Source: Eledone cirrhosa
Lineage: Eukaryota
Assembly (NCBI GenBank): GCA_964016885.1
Contig: OZ024745.1
Location: forward strand, 32,736,001-32,800,000
Length of the DNA: 64,000 bases
Direction: 5' to 3'
Under the pieces are notes generated by a model that was not told the origin of the DNA, did no database searches, and saw only the letters and a list, made by a program, of their open reading frames with translations. This document shows, one piece after another, positions 15,001-30,300 of this stretch (position 1 is the first letter of the stretch; each line of letters begins with the position of its first letter). The translations under genes and the position numbers were made by a program.

Positions 15001-18000
15001 ATACCATCAGAAGAACAAAGATAGCCACAGTACTAAATACCATCAGAAGAACAAAGACAGTCACAGTACTAAATACCATCAGGAGAACAAAGATAGCCAC
15101 AGTACTAAATACCATCAGAAGAACAAAGATAGCCACAGTACTAAATACCATCAGAAGAACAAAGATAGCCACAGTACTAAATAGCATCGGGGGAACAAAG
15201 ATAGCCACAGTACTAAATACCATCAGAGAAACAAAGATAGCCACAGTACTAAATACCATCAGAAGAACAAAGATAGCCACAGTACTAAATACCATCAGAA
15301 GAACAAAGATAGCCACAGTACTAAATACCATCAGAAGAACAAAGATAGCCACAGTACTAAATACCATCAGAAGAACAAAGATAGCCACAGTACTAAATAC
15401 CATCAGAAGAACAAAGATAGCCACAGTACTAAATACCATCAGAGGAACAAAGATAGCCACAGTACTAAATACCATCAGAGGAACAAAGATAGCCACTGTA
15501 CTAAATACCATCAGAGGAACAAAGATAGCCACAGTACTAAATACCATCAGAAGAAGAAAGATAGCCACAGTACTAAATACCATCAGAAGAACAAAGATAG
15601 CCACAGTACTAAATACCATCAGGGGAACAAAGATAGCCACAGTACTAAATACCATCAGGGGAACAAAGATAGCCACTGTACTAAATACCATCAGAAGAAC
15701 AAAGATAGCCACAGTACCAAATACCATCAGAGGAACAAAGATAGCCACAGTACTAAATACCATCAAAAGAACAAAGATAGCCACAGTACTAAATACCATC
15801 AGAAGAACAAAGATAGCCACAGTACTAAATACCATCAGAAGAACAAAGATAGCCACAGTACTAAATACCATCATAAGAACAAAGATAGTCACAGTACTAA
15901 ATACCATCAAAGGAACAAAGATAGCCACAGCACTAAATACCATCAGAAGAACAAAGATAGCCACAGTACTAAATACCATCAGGGGAACAAAGATAGCCAC
16001 AGTACTAAATACCATCGGGGGAACAAAGATAGCCACAGTACTAAATACCATCAGAGGAACAAAGATAGCCACAGTACTAAATACCATCAGAAGAACAAAG
16101 ATAGCCACAGTGCTAAATACCATAGAGAAGAACAAAGATAGCCACAGTACTAAATACCATCAGAGGAACAAAGATAGCCACAGTACTAAATACCATCGGG
16201 GGAACAAAGATAGCCACAGTACTAAATACCATCAGAAGAACAAAGATAGCCACAGTACTAAATACCATCGGGGGAACAAAGATAGCAACAGTACTAAATA
16301 CCATCAGAAGAACAAAGATAGCCACAGTACTAAATACCATCAGAAGAACAAATATAGCCACAGTACTAAATACCATCAGAGGAACAAAGATAGCCACAGT
16401 ACTAAATACCATCAGAGGAACAAAGATAGCCACAGTACTAAATACCATCAGAAGAACAAAGATAGCCACAGTACTAAATACCATCAGAAGAACAAAGATA
16501 GCCACAGTACTAAATACCATCAGAAGAACAAAGATAGCCACAGTACTAAATACCATCAGGGGAACAAAGATAGCCACAGTACTAAATACCATCAGGGGAA
16601 CAAAGATAGCCACTGTACTAAATACCATCAGAAGAACAAAGATAGCCACAGTACCAAATACCATCAGAGGAACAAAGATAGCCACAGTACTAAATACCAT
16701 CAAAAGAACAAAGATAGCCACAGTACTAAATACCATCAGAAGAACAAAGATAGCCACAGTACTAAATAGCATCGGGGGAACAAAGATAGCCACAGTACTA
16801 AATACCATCAGAGGAACAAAGATAGCCACAGTACTAAATACCATCAGAAGAACAAAGATAGCCACAGTACTAAATACCATCAGAAGAACAAAGATAGCCA
16901 CAGTACTAAATACCATCAGAAGAACAAAGATAGCCACAGTACTAAATACCATCAGAAGAACAAAGATAGCCACAGTACTAAATACCATCAGAAGAACAAA
17001 GATAGCCACAGTACTAAATACCATCAGAGGAACAAAGATAGCCACAGTACTAAATACCATCAGAGGAACAAAGATAGCCACAGTACTAAATACCATCAGA
17101 AGAACAAAGATAGCCACAGTACTAAATACCATCAGAAGAACAAAGATAGCCACAGTACTAAATACCATCAGAAGAACAAAGATAGCCACAGTACTAAATA
17201 CCATCAGAAGAACAAAGATAGCCACAGTACTAAATACCATCAGAAGAACAAAGATAGCCACAGTACTAAATACCATCAGGGGAACAAAGATAGCCACAGT
17301 ACTAAATACCATCAGAACAACAAATATAGCCACAGTACTAAATACCATCAGAAGAACAAAGATAGCCACAGTACTAAATACCATCAGAACAACAAAGATA
17401 GCCACAGTACTAAATACCATCAGAAGAACAAAGATAGCCACGGTACTAAATACCATCAGGGGAACAAAGATAGCCACAGTACTAAATACCATCAGGGGAA
17501 CAAAGATAGCCACAGTACTAAATACCATCAGAAGAACAAAGATAGCCACAGTACTAAATACCATCAGGGGTACAAAGATAGCCACAGTACTAAATACCAT
17601 CAGAAGAACAAAGATAGCCACAGTACTAAATACCATCAGAAGAACAAAGACAGTCACAGTACTAAATACCATCAGAAGAACAAAGGTAGCCACAGTACTA
17701 AATACCATCAGAAGAACAAAGATAGCCACAGTACTAAATACCATCAGAAGAACAAAGACAGTCACAGTACTAAATACCATCAGGAGAACAAAGATAGCCA
17801 CAGTACTAAATACCATCAGAAGAACAAAGATAGCCACAGTACTAAATACCATCAGAAGAACAAAGATAGCCACAGTACTAAATAGCATCGGGGGAACAAA
17901 GATAGCCACAGTACTAAATACCATCAGAGAAACAAAGATAGCCACAGTACTAAATACCATCAGAAGAACAAAGATAGCCACAGTACTAAATACCATCAGA

Positions 18001-21000
18001 AGAACAAAGATAGCCACAGTACTAAATACCATCAGAAGAACAAAGATAGCCACAGTACTAAATACCATCAGAAGAACAAAGATAGCCACAGTACTAAATA
18101 CCATCAGAAGAACAAAGATAGCCACAGTACTAAATACCATCAGAGGAACAAAGATAGCCACAGTACTAAATACCATCAGAGGAACAAAGATAGCCACTGT
18201 ACTAAATACCATCAGAGGAACAAAGATAGCCACAGTACTAAATACCATCAGAAGAAGAAAGATAGCCACAGTACTAAATACCATCAGAAGAACAAAGATA
18301 GCCACAGTACTAAATACCATCAGAAGAACAAAGATAGCCACAGTACTAAATACCATCAGAAGAACAAAGATAGCCACAGTACTAAATACCATCAGAAGAA
18401 CAAAGATAGCCACAGTACTAAATACCAACAGAAGAACAAAGATAGCCACAGTACTAAATACCATCAGAAGAACAAAGATAGCCACAGTACTAAATACCAT
18501 CAGAAGAACAAAGATAGCCACAGTACTAAATACCATCAGAAGAACAAAGATAGCCACAGTACTAAATACCATCAGGGGAACAAAGATAGCCACAGTACTA
18601 AATACCATCTGAACAACAAATATAGCCACAGTACTAAATACCATCAGAACAAAGATAGCCACAGTACTAAATACCATCAGAACAACAAAGATAGCCACAG
18701 TACTAAATACCATCAGAAGAACAAAGATAGCCACGGTACTAAATACCATCAGGGGAACAAAGATAGCCACAGTACTAAATACCATCAGGGGAACAAAGAT
18801 AGCCACAGTACTAAATACCATCAGAAGAACAAAGATAGCCACAGTACTAAATACCATCAGGGGTACAAAGATAGCCACAGTACTAAATACCATCAGAAGA
18901 ACAAAGATAGCCACAGTACTAAATACCATCAGAAGAACAAAGACAGTCACAGTACTAAATACCATCAGAAGAACAAAGACAGTCACAGTACTAAATACCA
19001 TCAGAGGAACAAAGGTAGCCACAGTACTGAATACCATCAGAAGAACAAAGACAGTCACAGTACTAAATACCATCAGAAGAACAAAGGTAGCCACAGTACT
19101 AAATACCATCAGAAGAACAAAGATAGCCACAGTACTAAATACCATCAGAAGAACAAAGACAGTCACAGTACTAAATACCATCAGGAGAACAAAGATAGCC
19201 ACAGTACTAAATACCATCAGAAGAACAAAGATAGCCACAGTACTAAATACCATCAGAAGAACAAAGATAGCCATTGTACTAAATACCATCAGAGGAACAA
19301 AGATAGCCACAGTACTAAATACCATCAGAGGAACAAAGATAGCCCCAGTACTAAATACCATCAGAAGAACAAAGATAGCCACAGTACTAAATACCATCAG
19401 AAGAACAAAGATAGCCACAGTACTAAATACCATCAGAAGAACAAAGATAGCCACAGTACTAAATACCATCAGAAGAACAAAGATAGCCACAGTACTAAAT
19501 ACCATCAGAAGAACGAAGATAGCCACAGTACTAAATACCATCAGAAGAACAAAGATAGCCACTGTACTAAATACCATCAGAAGAACAAAGATAGCCACAG
19601 TACTAAATACCATCAGAAGAACAAAGATAGCCACTGTACTAAATACCATCAGAAGAACAAAGATAGCCACAGTACTAAATACCATCAGAGGAACAAAGAT
19701 AGCCCCAGTACTAAATACCATCAGAAGAACAAAGATAGCCACAGTACTAAATACCATCAGAAGAACAAAGATAGCCACAGTACTAAATACCATCAGAGGA
19801 ACAAAGATAGCCACAATACTAAATACCATCAGAAGAACAAAGATAGCCACAGTACTAAATACCATCAGAGGAACAAAGATAGCCACAGTACTAAATACCA
19901 TCAAAAGAACAAAGATAGCCACAGTACTAAATACCATCAGAAGAACAAAGATAGCCACAGTACTAAATACCATCGGGGGAACAAAGATAGCCACAGTACT
20001 AAATACCATCAGAAGAACAAAGATAGCCACAGTACTAAATACCATCAGAGGAACAAAGATAGCCACAGTACTAAATACCATCAGAAGAACAAAGATAGCC
20101 ACAGTACTAAATACCATCAGAAGAACAAAGATAGCCACAGTACTAAATACCATCAGAAGAACAAAGATAGCCACAGTACTAAATACCATCAGAAGAACAA
20201 AGATAGCCACAGTACTAAATACCATCAGAACAACAAAGATAGCCACAGTACTAAATACCATCAGAAGAACAAAGATAGCCACAGTACTAAATACCATCAG
20301 AGGAACAAAGATAGCCCCAGTACTAAATACCATCAGAGGAACAAAGATAGCCACAGTACTAAATACCATCAGAGGAACAAAGATAGCCCCTGTACTAAAT
20401 ACCATCAGAGGAACAAAGATAGCCCCAGTACTAAATACCATCAGAGGAACAAAGATAGCCACAGTACTAAATACCATCAGAGGAACAAAGATAGCCACAG
20501 TACTAAATACCATCAGAAGAACAAAGATAGCCACTGTACTAAATACCATCAGAGGAACAAAGATAGCCACAGTACTAAATACCATCAGAAGAACAAAGAT
20601 AGCCACAGTACTAAATACCATCAGAGGAACAAAGATAGCCACAGTACTAAATACCATCAGAAGAACAAAGATAGCCACAGTACTAAATACCATCAGAGGA
20701 ACAAAGTTAGCCACAGTACTAAATACCATCAGAAGAACAAAGATAGCCACAGTACTAAATACCATCAGAAGAACAAAGATAGACACAGTACTAAATACCA
20801 TCAGAAGAACAAAGATAGCCACAGTACTAAATACCATCAGAAGAACAAAGATAGCCACAGTACTAAATACCATCAGAGGAACAAAGATAGCCCCTGTACT
20901 AAATACCATCAGAGGAACAAAGATAGCCCCAGTACTAAATACCATCAGAGGAACAAAGATAGCCACAGTACTAAATACCATCAGAGGAACAAAGATAGCC

Positions 21001-24000
21001 ACAGTACTAAATACCATCAGAAGAACAAAGATAGCCACTGTACTAAATACCATCAGAGGAACAAAGATAGCCACAGTACTAAATACCATCAGAAGAACAA
21101 AGATAGCCACAGTACTAAATACCATCAGAGGAACAAAGATAGCCACAGTACTAAATACCATCAGAAGAACAAAGATAGCCACAGTACTAAATACCATCAG
21201 AGGAACAAAGATAGCCACAGTACTAAATACCATCAGAAGAACAAAGATAGCCACAGTACTAAATACCATCAGAAGAACAAAGATAGACACAGTACTAAAT
21301 ACCATCAGAAGAACAAAGATAGCCACAGTACTAAATACCATCAGAAGAACAAAGATAGCCACAGTACTAAATACCATCAGAGGAACAAAGATAGCCCCAG
21401 TACTAAATACCATCAAAAGAACAAAGATAGCCACAGTACTAAATACCATCAGAGGAACAAAGATAGCCACAGTACTAAATACCATCAAAAGAACAAAGAT
21501 AGCCACAGTACTAAATACCATCAGAAGAACAAAGATAGCCACAGTACTAAATACCATCAGAAGAACAAAGATAGCCACAGTACTAAATACCATCGGGGGA
21601 ACAAAGATAGCCACTGTACTAAATACCATCAGAGGAACAAAGATAGCCACAGTACTAAATACCATCAGAAGAACAAAGATAGCCACAGTACTAAATACCA
21701 TCAGAAGAACAAAGATAGCCACAGTACTAAATACCATCAGAAGAACAAAGATAGCCACAGTACTAAATACCATCAGAAGAACAAAGATAGCCACAGTACT
21801 AAATACCATCAGAAGAACAAAGATAGCCACAGTGCTAAATACCATCAGAAGAACAAAGATAGCCACAGTACTAAATACCATCAGAAGAACAAAGATAGCC
21901 ACAGTACTAAATACCATCAGAAGAACAAAGATAGCCACAGTACTAAATACCATCAGAAGAACAAAGATAGCCACAGTACTAAATACCATCAGAGGAACAA
22001 AGATAGCCACAGTACTAAATACCATCAGAAGAACAAAGATAGCCACTGTACTAAATACCAACAGAGGAACAAAGATAGCCACAGTACTAAATACCATCAG
22101 AAGAACAAAGATAGCCACAGTACTAAATACCATCAGAAGAACACAGATAGCCACAGTACTAAATACCATCAGAAGAACAAAGATAGCCATTGTACTAAAT
22201 ACCATCAGAGGAACAAAGATAGCCACAGTACTAAATACCATCAGAAGAACAAAGATAGCCACAGTACTAAATACCATCAGAAGAACAAAGATAGCCACAG
22301 TGCGAAATACCATCAGAAGAACAAAGATAGCCACAGTACTAAATACCATCAAAAGAACAAAGATAGCCACAGTACTAAATACCATCAGAAGAACAAAGAT
22401 AGCCACAGTACTAAATACCATCAGGGGAACAAAGATAGCCACAGTACTAAATACCATCAGAAGAACAAAGATAGCCACAGTACTAAATACCATCAGAAGA
22501 ACAAAGATAGCCACAGTACTAAATACCATCAGAAGAACAAAGATAGCCACAGTACTAAATACCATCAGAAGAACAAAGATAGCCACAGTACTAAATACCA
22601 TCAGAAGAACAAAGATAGCCACAGTACTAAATACCATCAGAAGAACAAAGATAGCCACAGTACTAAATACCATCAGAAGAACAAAGATAGCCACAGTACT
22701 AAATACCATCAGAAGAACAAAGATAGCCACAGTACTAAATACCATCAAAAGAACAAAGATAGCCACAGTACTAAATACCATCATAAGAACAAAGATAGTC
22801 ACAGTACTAAATACCATCAGAGGAACAAAGATAGCCACAGCACTAAATACCATCAGAAGAACAAAGATAGCCACAGTACTAAATACCATCAGGGGAACAA
22901 AGATAGCCACAGTACTAAATACCATCGGGGGAACAAAGATAGCCACAGTACTAAATACCATCAGAGGATCAAAGATAGCCACAGTACTAAATACCATCAG
23001 AAGAACAAATATAGCCACAGTGCTAAATACCATAGAGAAGAACAAAGATAGCCACAGTACTAAATACCATCAGAGGAACAAAGATAGCCACAGTACTAAA
23101 TACCATCAGAAGAACAAAGATAGCCACAGTACTAAATACCATCAGAAGAACAAAGATAGCCACAGTACTAAATACCATCAGAAGAACAAAGATAGCCACA
23201 GTACTAAATACCATCAGAAGAACAAAGATAGCCACAGTGCTAAATACCATCAGAAGAACAAAGATAGCCACAGTACTAAATACCATCAGAAGAACAAAGA
23301 TAGCCACAGTACTAAATACCATCAGAAGAACAAAGATAGCCACAGTACTAAATACCATCAGAAGAACAAAGATAGCCACAGTACTAAATACCATCAGAGG
23401 AACAAAGATAGCCACAGTACTAAATACCATCAGAAGAACAAAGATAGCCACTGTACTAAATACCAACAGAGGAACAAAGATAGCCACAGTACTAAATACC
23501 ATCAGAAGAACAAAGATAGCCACAGTACTAAATACCATCAGAAGAACACAGATAGCCACAGTACTAAATACCATCAGAAGAACAAAGATAGCCATTGTAC
23601 TAAATACCATCAGAGGAACAAAGATAGCCACAGTACTAAATACCATCAGAAGAACAAAGATAGCCACAGTACTAAATACCATCAGAAGAACAAAGATAGC
23701 CACAGTGCGAAATACCATCAGAAGAACAAAGATAGCCACAGTACTAAATACCATCAAAAGAACAAAGATAGCCACAGTACTAAATACCATCAGAAGAACA
23801 AAGATAGCCACAGTACTAAATACCATCAGGGGAACAAAGATAGCCACAGTACTAAATACCATCAGAAGAACAAAGATAGCCACAGTACTAAATACCATCA
23901 GAAGAACAAAGATAGCCACAGTACTAAATACCATCAGAAGAACAAAGATAGCCACAGTACTAAATACCATCAGAAGAACAAAGATAGCCACAGTACTAAA

Positions 24001-26032
24001 TACCATCAGAAGAACAAAGATAGCCACAGTACTAAATACCATCAGAAGAACAAAGATAGCCACAGTACTAAATACCATCAGAAGAACAAAGATAGCCACA
24101 GTACTAAATACCATCAGAAGAACAAAGATAGCCACAGTACTAAATACCATCAAAAGAACAAAGATAGCCACAGTACTAAATACCATCATAAGAACAAAGA
24201 TAGTCACAGTACTAAATACCATCAGAGGAACAAAGATAGCCACAGCACTAAATACCATCAGAAGAACAAAGATAGCCACAGTACTAAATACCATCAGGGG
24301 AACAAAGATAGCCACAGTACTAAATACCATCGGGGGAACAAAGATAGCCACAGTACTAAATACCATCAGAGGATCAAAGATAGCCACAGTACTAAATACC
24401 ATCAGAAGAACAAATATAGCCACAGTGCTAAATACCATAGAGAAGAACAAAGATAGCCACAGTACTAAATACCATCAGAGGAACAAAGATAGCCACAGTA
24501 CTAAATACCATCGGGGGAACAAAGATAGCCCCTGTACTAAATACCATCAAAGGAACAAAAATTGCCCCAGTACTAAATACCATCACAGGAACAAAGATAG
24601 CCACAGTACTAAATACCATCAGAGGAACAAAGATAGCCACAGTACTAAATACCATCAGAAGAACAAAGATAGCCACAGTACTAAATACCATCAGAGGAAC
24701 AAAGATAGCCACAGTACCAAATACCATCAGAGGAACAAAGATAGCCACAGTACTAAATACCATCAAAAGAACAAAGATAGCCACAGTACTAAATACCATC
24801 AGAAGAACAAAGATAGCCACAGTACTAAATACCATCGGGGGAACAAAGATAGCCACAGTACTAAATACCATCAGAGGAACAAAGATAGCCACAGTACTAA
24901 ATACCATCAGAAGAACAAAGATAGCCACAGTACTAAATACCATCAGAAGAACAAAGATAGCCACAGTACTAAATACCATCAGAAGAACAAAGATAGCCAC
25001 AGTACTAAATACCATCAGAAGAACAAAGATAGCCACAGTACTAAATACCATCAGAAGAACAAAGATAGCCACAGTACTAAATACCATCAGAGGAACAAAG
25101 ATAGCCACAGTACTAAATACCATCAGAGGAACAAAGATAGCCACAGTACTAAATACCATCAGAAGAACAAAGATAGCCACAGTACTAAATACCATCAGTA
25201 GAACAAAGATAGCCACAGTACTAAATACCATCAGAAGAACAAAGATAGCCACAGTACTAAATACCATCAGAAGAACAAAGATAGCCACAGTACTAAATAC
25301 CATCAGAAGAACAAAGATAGCCACAGTACTAAATACCATCAGGGGAACAAAGATAGCCACAGTACTAAATACCATCAGAACAACAAATATAGCCACAGTA
25401 CTAAATACCATCAGAAGAATAAAGATAGCCACAGTACTAAATACCATCAGAACAACAAAGATAGCCACAGTACTAAATACCATCAGAAGAACAAAGATAG
25501 CCACGGTACTAAATACCATCAGGGGAACAAAGATAGCCACAGTACTAAATACCATCAGGGGAACAAAGATAGCCACAGTACTAAATACCATCAGAAGAAC
25601 AAAGATAGCCACAGTACTAAATACCATCAGGGGTACAAAGATAGCCACAGTACTAAATACCATCAGAAGAACAAAGATAGCCACAGTACTAAATACCATC
25701 AGAAGAACAAAGACAGTCACAGTACTAAATACCATCAGAAGAACAAAGACAGTCACAGTACTAAATACCATCAGAGGAACAAAGGTAGCCACAGTACTAA
25801 ATACCATCAGAAGAACAAAGACAGTCACAGTACTAAATACCATCAGAAGAACAAAGGTAGCCACAGTACTAAATACCATCAGAAGAACAAAGATAGCCAC
25901 AGTACTAAATACCATCAGAAGAACAAAGATAGCCACAGTACTAAATACCATCAGAAGAACAAAGATAGCCACAGTACTAAATACCATCAGAACAACAAAG
26001 ATAGCCACAGTACTAAATACCATCAGAAGAAC

Positions 26033-26107
26033 AAAGATAGCCACTGTACTAAATACCAACAGTCCTCTGTTGGTATTTAGTACAGTGGCTATCTTTAGTA
26101 CAGTGGC
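26033..26107. repeat. Fold-back satellite monomer 1 (30-bp perfect inverted repeat, TCCT loop)
   Basis: Seen: AAAGATAGCCACTGTACTAAATACCAACAG-TCCT-CTGTTGGTATTTAGTACAGTGGCTATCTTT, then AGTACAGTGGC. Confidence 0.97.
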
Positions 26108-27292
26108 CATCAGAAGAACAAAGATAGCCACAGTACTAAATACCATCAGAAGAACAAAGATAGCCACAGTACTAAATACCATCAGAACAACAAAGATAGC
26201 CACAGTACTAAATACCATCAGAAAAACAAAGATAGCCACAGTACTAAATACCATCAGAGGAACAAAGATAGCCACAGTACTAAATACCATCAAAAGAACA
26301 AAGATAGCCACAGTACTAAATACCATCAGAAGAACAAAGATAGCCACAGTACTAAATACCATCAGAAGAACAAAGATAGCCACAGTACTAAATACCATTG
26401 GGGGAACAAAGATAGCCACTGTACTAAATACCATCAGAGGAACAAAGATAGCCACAGTACTAAATACCATCAGAAGAACAAAGATAGCCACAGTACTAAA
26501 TACCATCAGAAGAACAAAGATAGCCACAGTACTAAATACCATCAAAAGAACAAAGATAGCCACAGTACTAAATACCATCAGAGGAATAAAGATAGCCACA
26601 GTACTAAATACCATCAGAAGAACAAAGATAGCCACAGTGCTAAATACCATCAGAAGAACAAAGATAGCCACAGTACTAAATACCATCAGAAGAACAAAGA
26701 TAGCCACAGTACTAAATACCATCAGAAGAACAAAGATAGCCACAGTACTAAATACCATCAGAAGAACAAAGATAGCCACAGTACTAAATACCATCAGAGG
26801 AACAAAGATAGCCACAGTACTAAATACCATCAGAAGAACAAAGATAGCCACAGTACTAAATACCATCAGAAGAACAAAGATAGCCACAGTACTAAATACC
26901 ATCAGAAGAACAAAGATAGCCACAGTACTAAATACCATCAGAAGAACAAAGATAGCCACAGTACTAAATACCATCAGAGGAACAAAGATAGCCCCAGTAC
27001 TAAATACCATCAGAGGAACAAAGATAGCCATCAGAGGAATAAAGATAGCCACAGTACTAAATACCATCAGAAGAACATAGATAGCCACAGTGCTAAATAC
27101 CATCAGAAGAACAAAGATAGCCACAGTACTAAATACCATCAGAAGAACAAAGATAGCCACAGTACTAAATACCATCAGAAGAACAAAGATAGCCACAGTA
27201 CTAAATACCATCAGAAGAACAAAGATAGCCACAGTACTAAATACCATCAGAGGAACAAAGATAGCCACAGTACTAAATACCATCAGAAGAAC

Positions 27293-27367
27293 AAAGATAG
27301 CCACTGTACTAAATACCAACAGTCCTCTGTTGGTATTTAGTACAGTGGCTATCTTTAGTACAGTGGC
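27293..27367. repeat. Fold-back satellite monomer 2
   Basis: Seen: identical to 26033-26107. Confidence 0.97.
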
Positions 27368-30300
27368 CATCAGAAGAACAAAGATAGCCACAGTACTAAA
27401 TACCATCAGAAGAACAAAGATAGCCACAGTACTAAATACCATCAGAACAACAAAGATAGCCACAGTACTAAATACCATCAGAAGAACAAAGATAGCCACA
27501 GTACTAAATACCATCAGAGGAACAAAGATAGCCCCAGTACTAAATACCATCAGAGGAACAAAGATAGCCACAGTACTAAATACCATCAGAGGAACAAAGA
27601 TAGCCCCTGTACTAAATACCATCAGAGGAACAAAGATAACCCCAGTACTAAATACCATCAGAGGAACAAAGATAGCCACAGTACTAAATACCATCAGAGG
27701 AACAAAGATAGCCACAGTACTAAATACCATCAGAAGAACAAAGATAGCCACTGTACTAAATACCATCAGAGGAACAAAGATAGCCACAGTACTAAATACC
27801 ATCAGAAGAACAAAGATAGCCACAGTACTAAATACCATCAGAGGAACAAAGATAGCCCCAGTACTAAATACCATCAAAAGAACAAAGATAGCCACAGTAC
27901 TAAATACCATCAGAGGAACAAAGATAGCCACAGTACTAAATACCATCAAAAGAACAAAGATAGCCACAGTACTAAATACCATCAGAAGAACAAAGATAGC
28001 CACAGTACTAAATACCATCAGAAGAACAAAGATAGCCACAGTACTAAATACCATCGGGGCAACAAAGATAGCCACTGTACTAAATACCATCAGAGGAACA
28101 AAGATAGCCACAGTACTAAATACCATCAGAAGAACAAAGATAGCCACAGTACTAAATACCATCAGAAGAACAAAGATAGCCACAGTACTAAATACCATCA
28201 AAAGAACAAAGATAGCCACAGTACTAAATACCATCAGAGGAATAAAGATAGCCACAGTACTAAATACCATCAGAAGAACAAAGATAGCCACAGTGCTAAA
28301 TACCATCAGAAGAACAAAGATAGCCACAGTACTAAATACCATCAGAAGAACAAAGATAGCCACAGTACTAAATACCATCAGAAGAACAAAGATAGCCACA
28401 GTACTAAATACCATCAGAGGAACAAAGATAGCCACAGTACTAAATACCATCAGAAGAACAAAGATAGCCACAGTACTAAATACCATCAGAAGAACAAAGA
28501 TAGCCACAGTACTAAATACCATCAGAAGAAGAAAGATAGCCACAGTACTAAATACCATCAGAGGAACAAAGATAGCCCCAGTACTAAATACCATCAAAAG
28601 AACAAAGATAGCCACAGTACTAAATACCATCAGAGGAACAAAGATAGCCACAGTACTAAATACCATCAAAAGAACAAAGATAGCCACAGTACTAAATACC
28701 ATCAGAAGAACAAAGATAGCCACAGTACTAAATACCATCAGAAGAACAAAGATAGCCACAGTACTAAATACCATCGGGGGAACAAAGATAGCCACTGTAC
28801 TAAATACCATCAGAGGAACAAAGATAGCCACAGTACTAAATACCATCAGAAGAACAAAGATAGCCACAGTACTAAATACCATCAGAAGAACAAAGATAGC
28901 CACAGTACTAAATACCATCAAAAGAACAAAGATAGCCACAGTACTAAATACCATCAGAGGAATAAAGATAGCCACAGTACTAAATACCATCAGAAGAACA
29001 AAGATAGCCACAGTGCTAAATACCATCAGAAGAACACAGATAGCCACAGTACTAAATACCATCAGAAGAACAAAGATAGCCATTGTACTAAATACCATCA
29101 GAGGAACAAAGATAGCCACAGTACTAAATACCATCAGAAGAACAAAGATAGCCACAGTACTAAATACCATCAGAAGAACAAAGATAGCCACAGTGCGAAA
29201 TACCATCAGAAGAACACAGATAGCCACAGTACTAAATACCATCAGAAGAACAAAGATAGCCACAGTACTAAATACCATCAGAAGAACAAAGATAGCCACA
29301 GTACTAAATACCATCAGAGGAACAAAGATAGCCCCAGTACTAAATACCATCAAAAGAACAAAGATAGCCACAGTACTAAATACCATCAGAGGAACAAAGA
29401 TAGCCACAGTACTAAATACCATCAAAAGAACAAAGATAGCCACAGTACTAAATACCATCAGAAGAACAAAGATAGCCACAGTACTAAATACCATCAGAAG
29501 AACAAAGATAGCCACAGTACTAAATACCATCGGGGGAACAAAGATAGCCACTGTACTAAATACCATCAGAGGAACAAAGATAGCCACAGTACTAAATACC
29601 ATCAGAAGAACAAAGATAGCCACAGTACTAAATACCATCAGAAGAACAAAGATAGCCACAGTACTAAATACCATCAGAAGAACAAAGATAGCCACAGTAC
29701 TAAATACCATCAGAAGAACAAAGATAGCCACAGTACTAAATACCATCAGAAGAACAAAGATAGCCACAGTGCTAAATACCATCAGAAGAACAAAGATAGC
29801 CACAGTACTAAATACCATCAGAAGAACAAAGATAGCCACAGTACTAAATACCATCAGAAGAACAAAGATAGCCACAGTACTAAATACCATCAGAAGAACA
29901 AAGATAGCCACAGTACTAAATACCATCAGAGGAACAAAGATAGCCACAGTACTAAATACCATCAGAAGAACAAAGATAGCCACTGTACTAAATACCAACA
30001 GAGGAACAAAGATAGCCACAGTACTAAATACCATCAGAAGAACAAAGATAGCCACAGTACTAAATACCATCAGAAGAACACAGATAGCCACAGTACTAAA
30101 TACCATCAGAAGAACAAAGATAGCCATTGTACTAAATACCATCAGAGGAACAAAGATAGCCACAGTACTAAATACCATCAGAAGAACAAAGATAGCCACA
30201 GTACTAAATACCATCAGAAGAACAAAGATAGCCACAGTGCGAAATACCATCAGAAGAACAAAGATAGCCACAGTACTAAATACCATCAAAAGAACAAAGA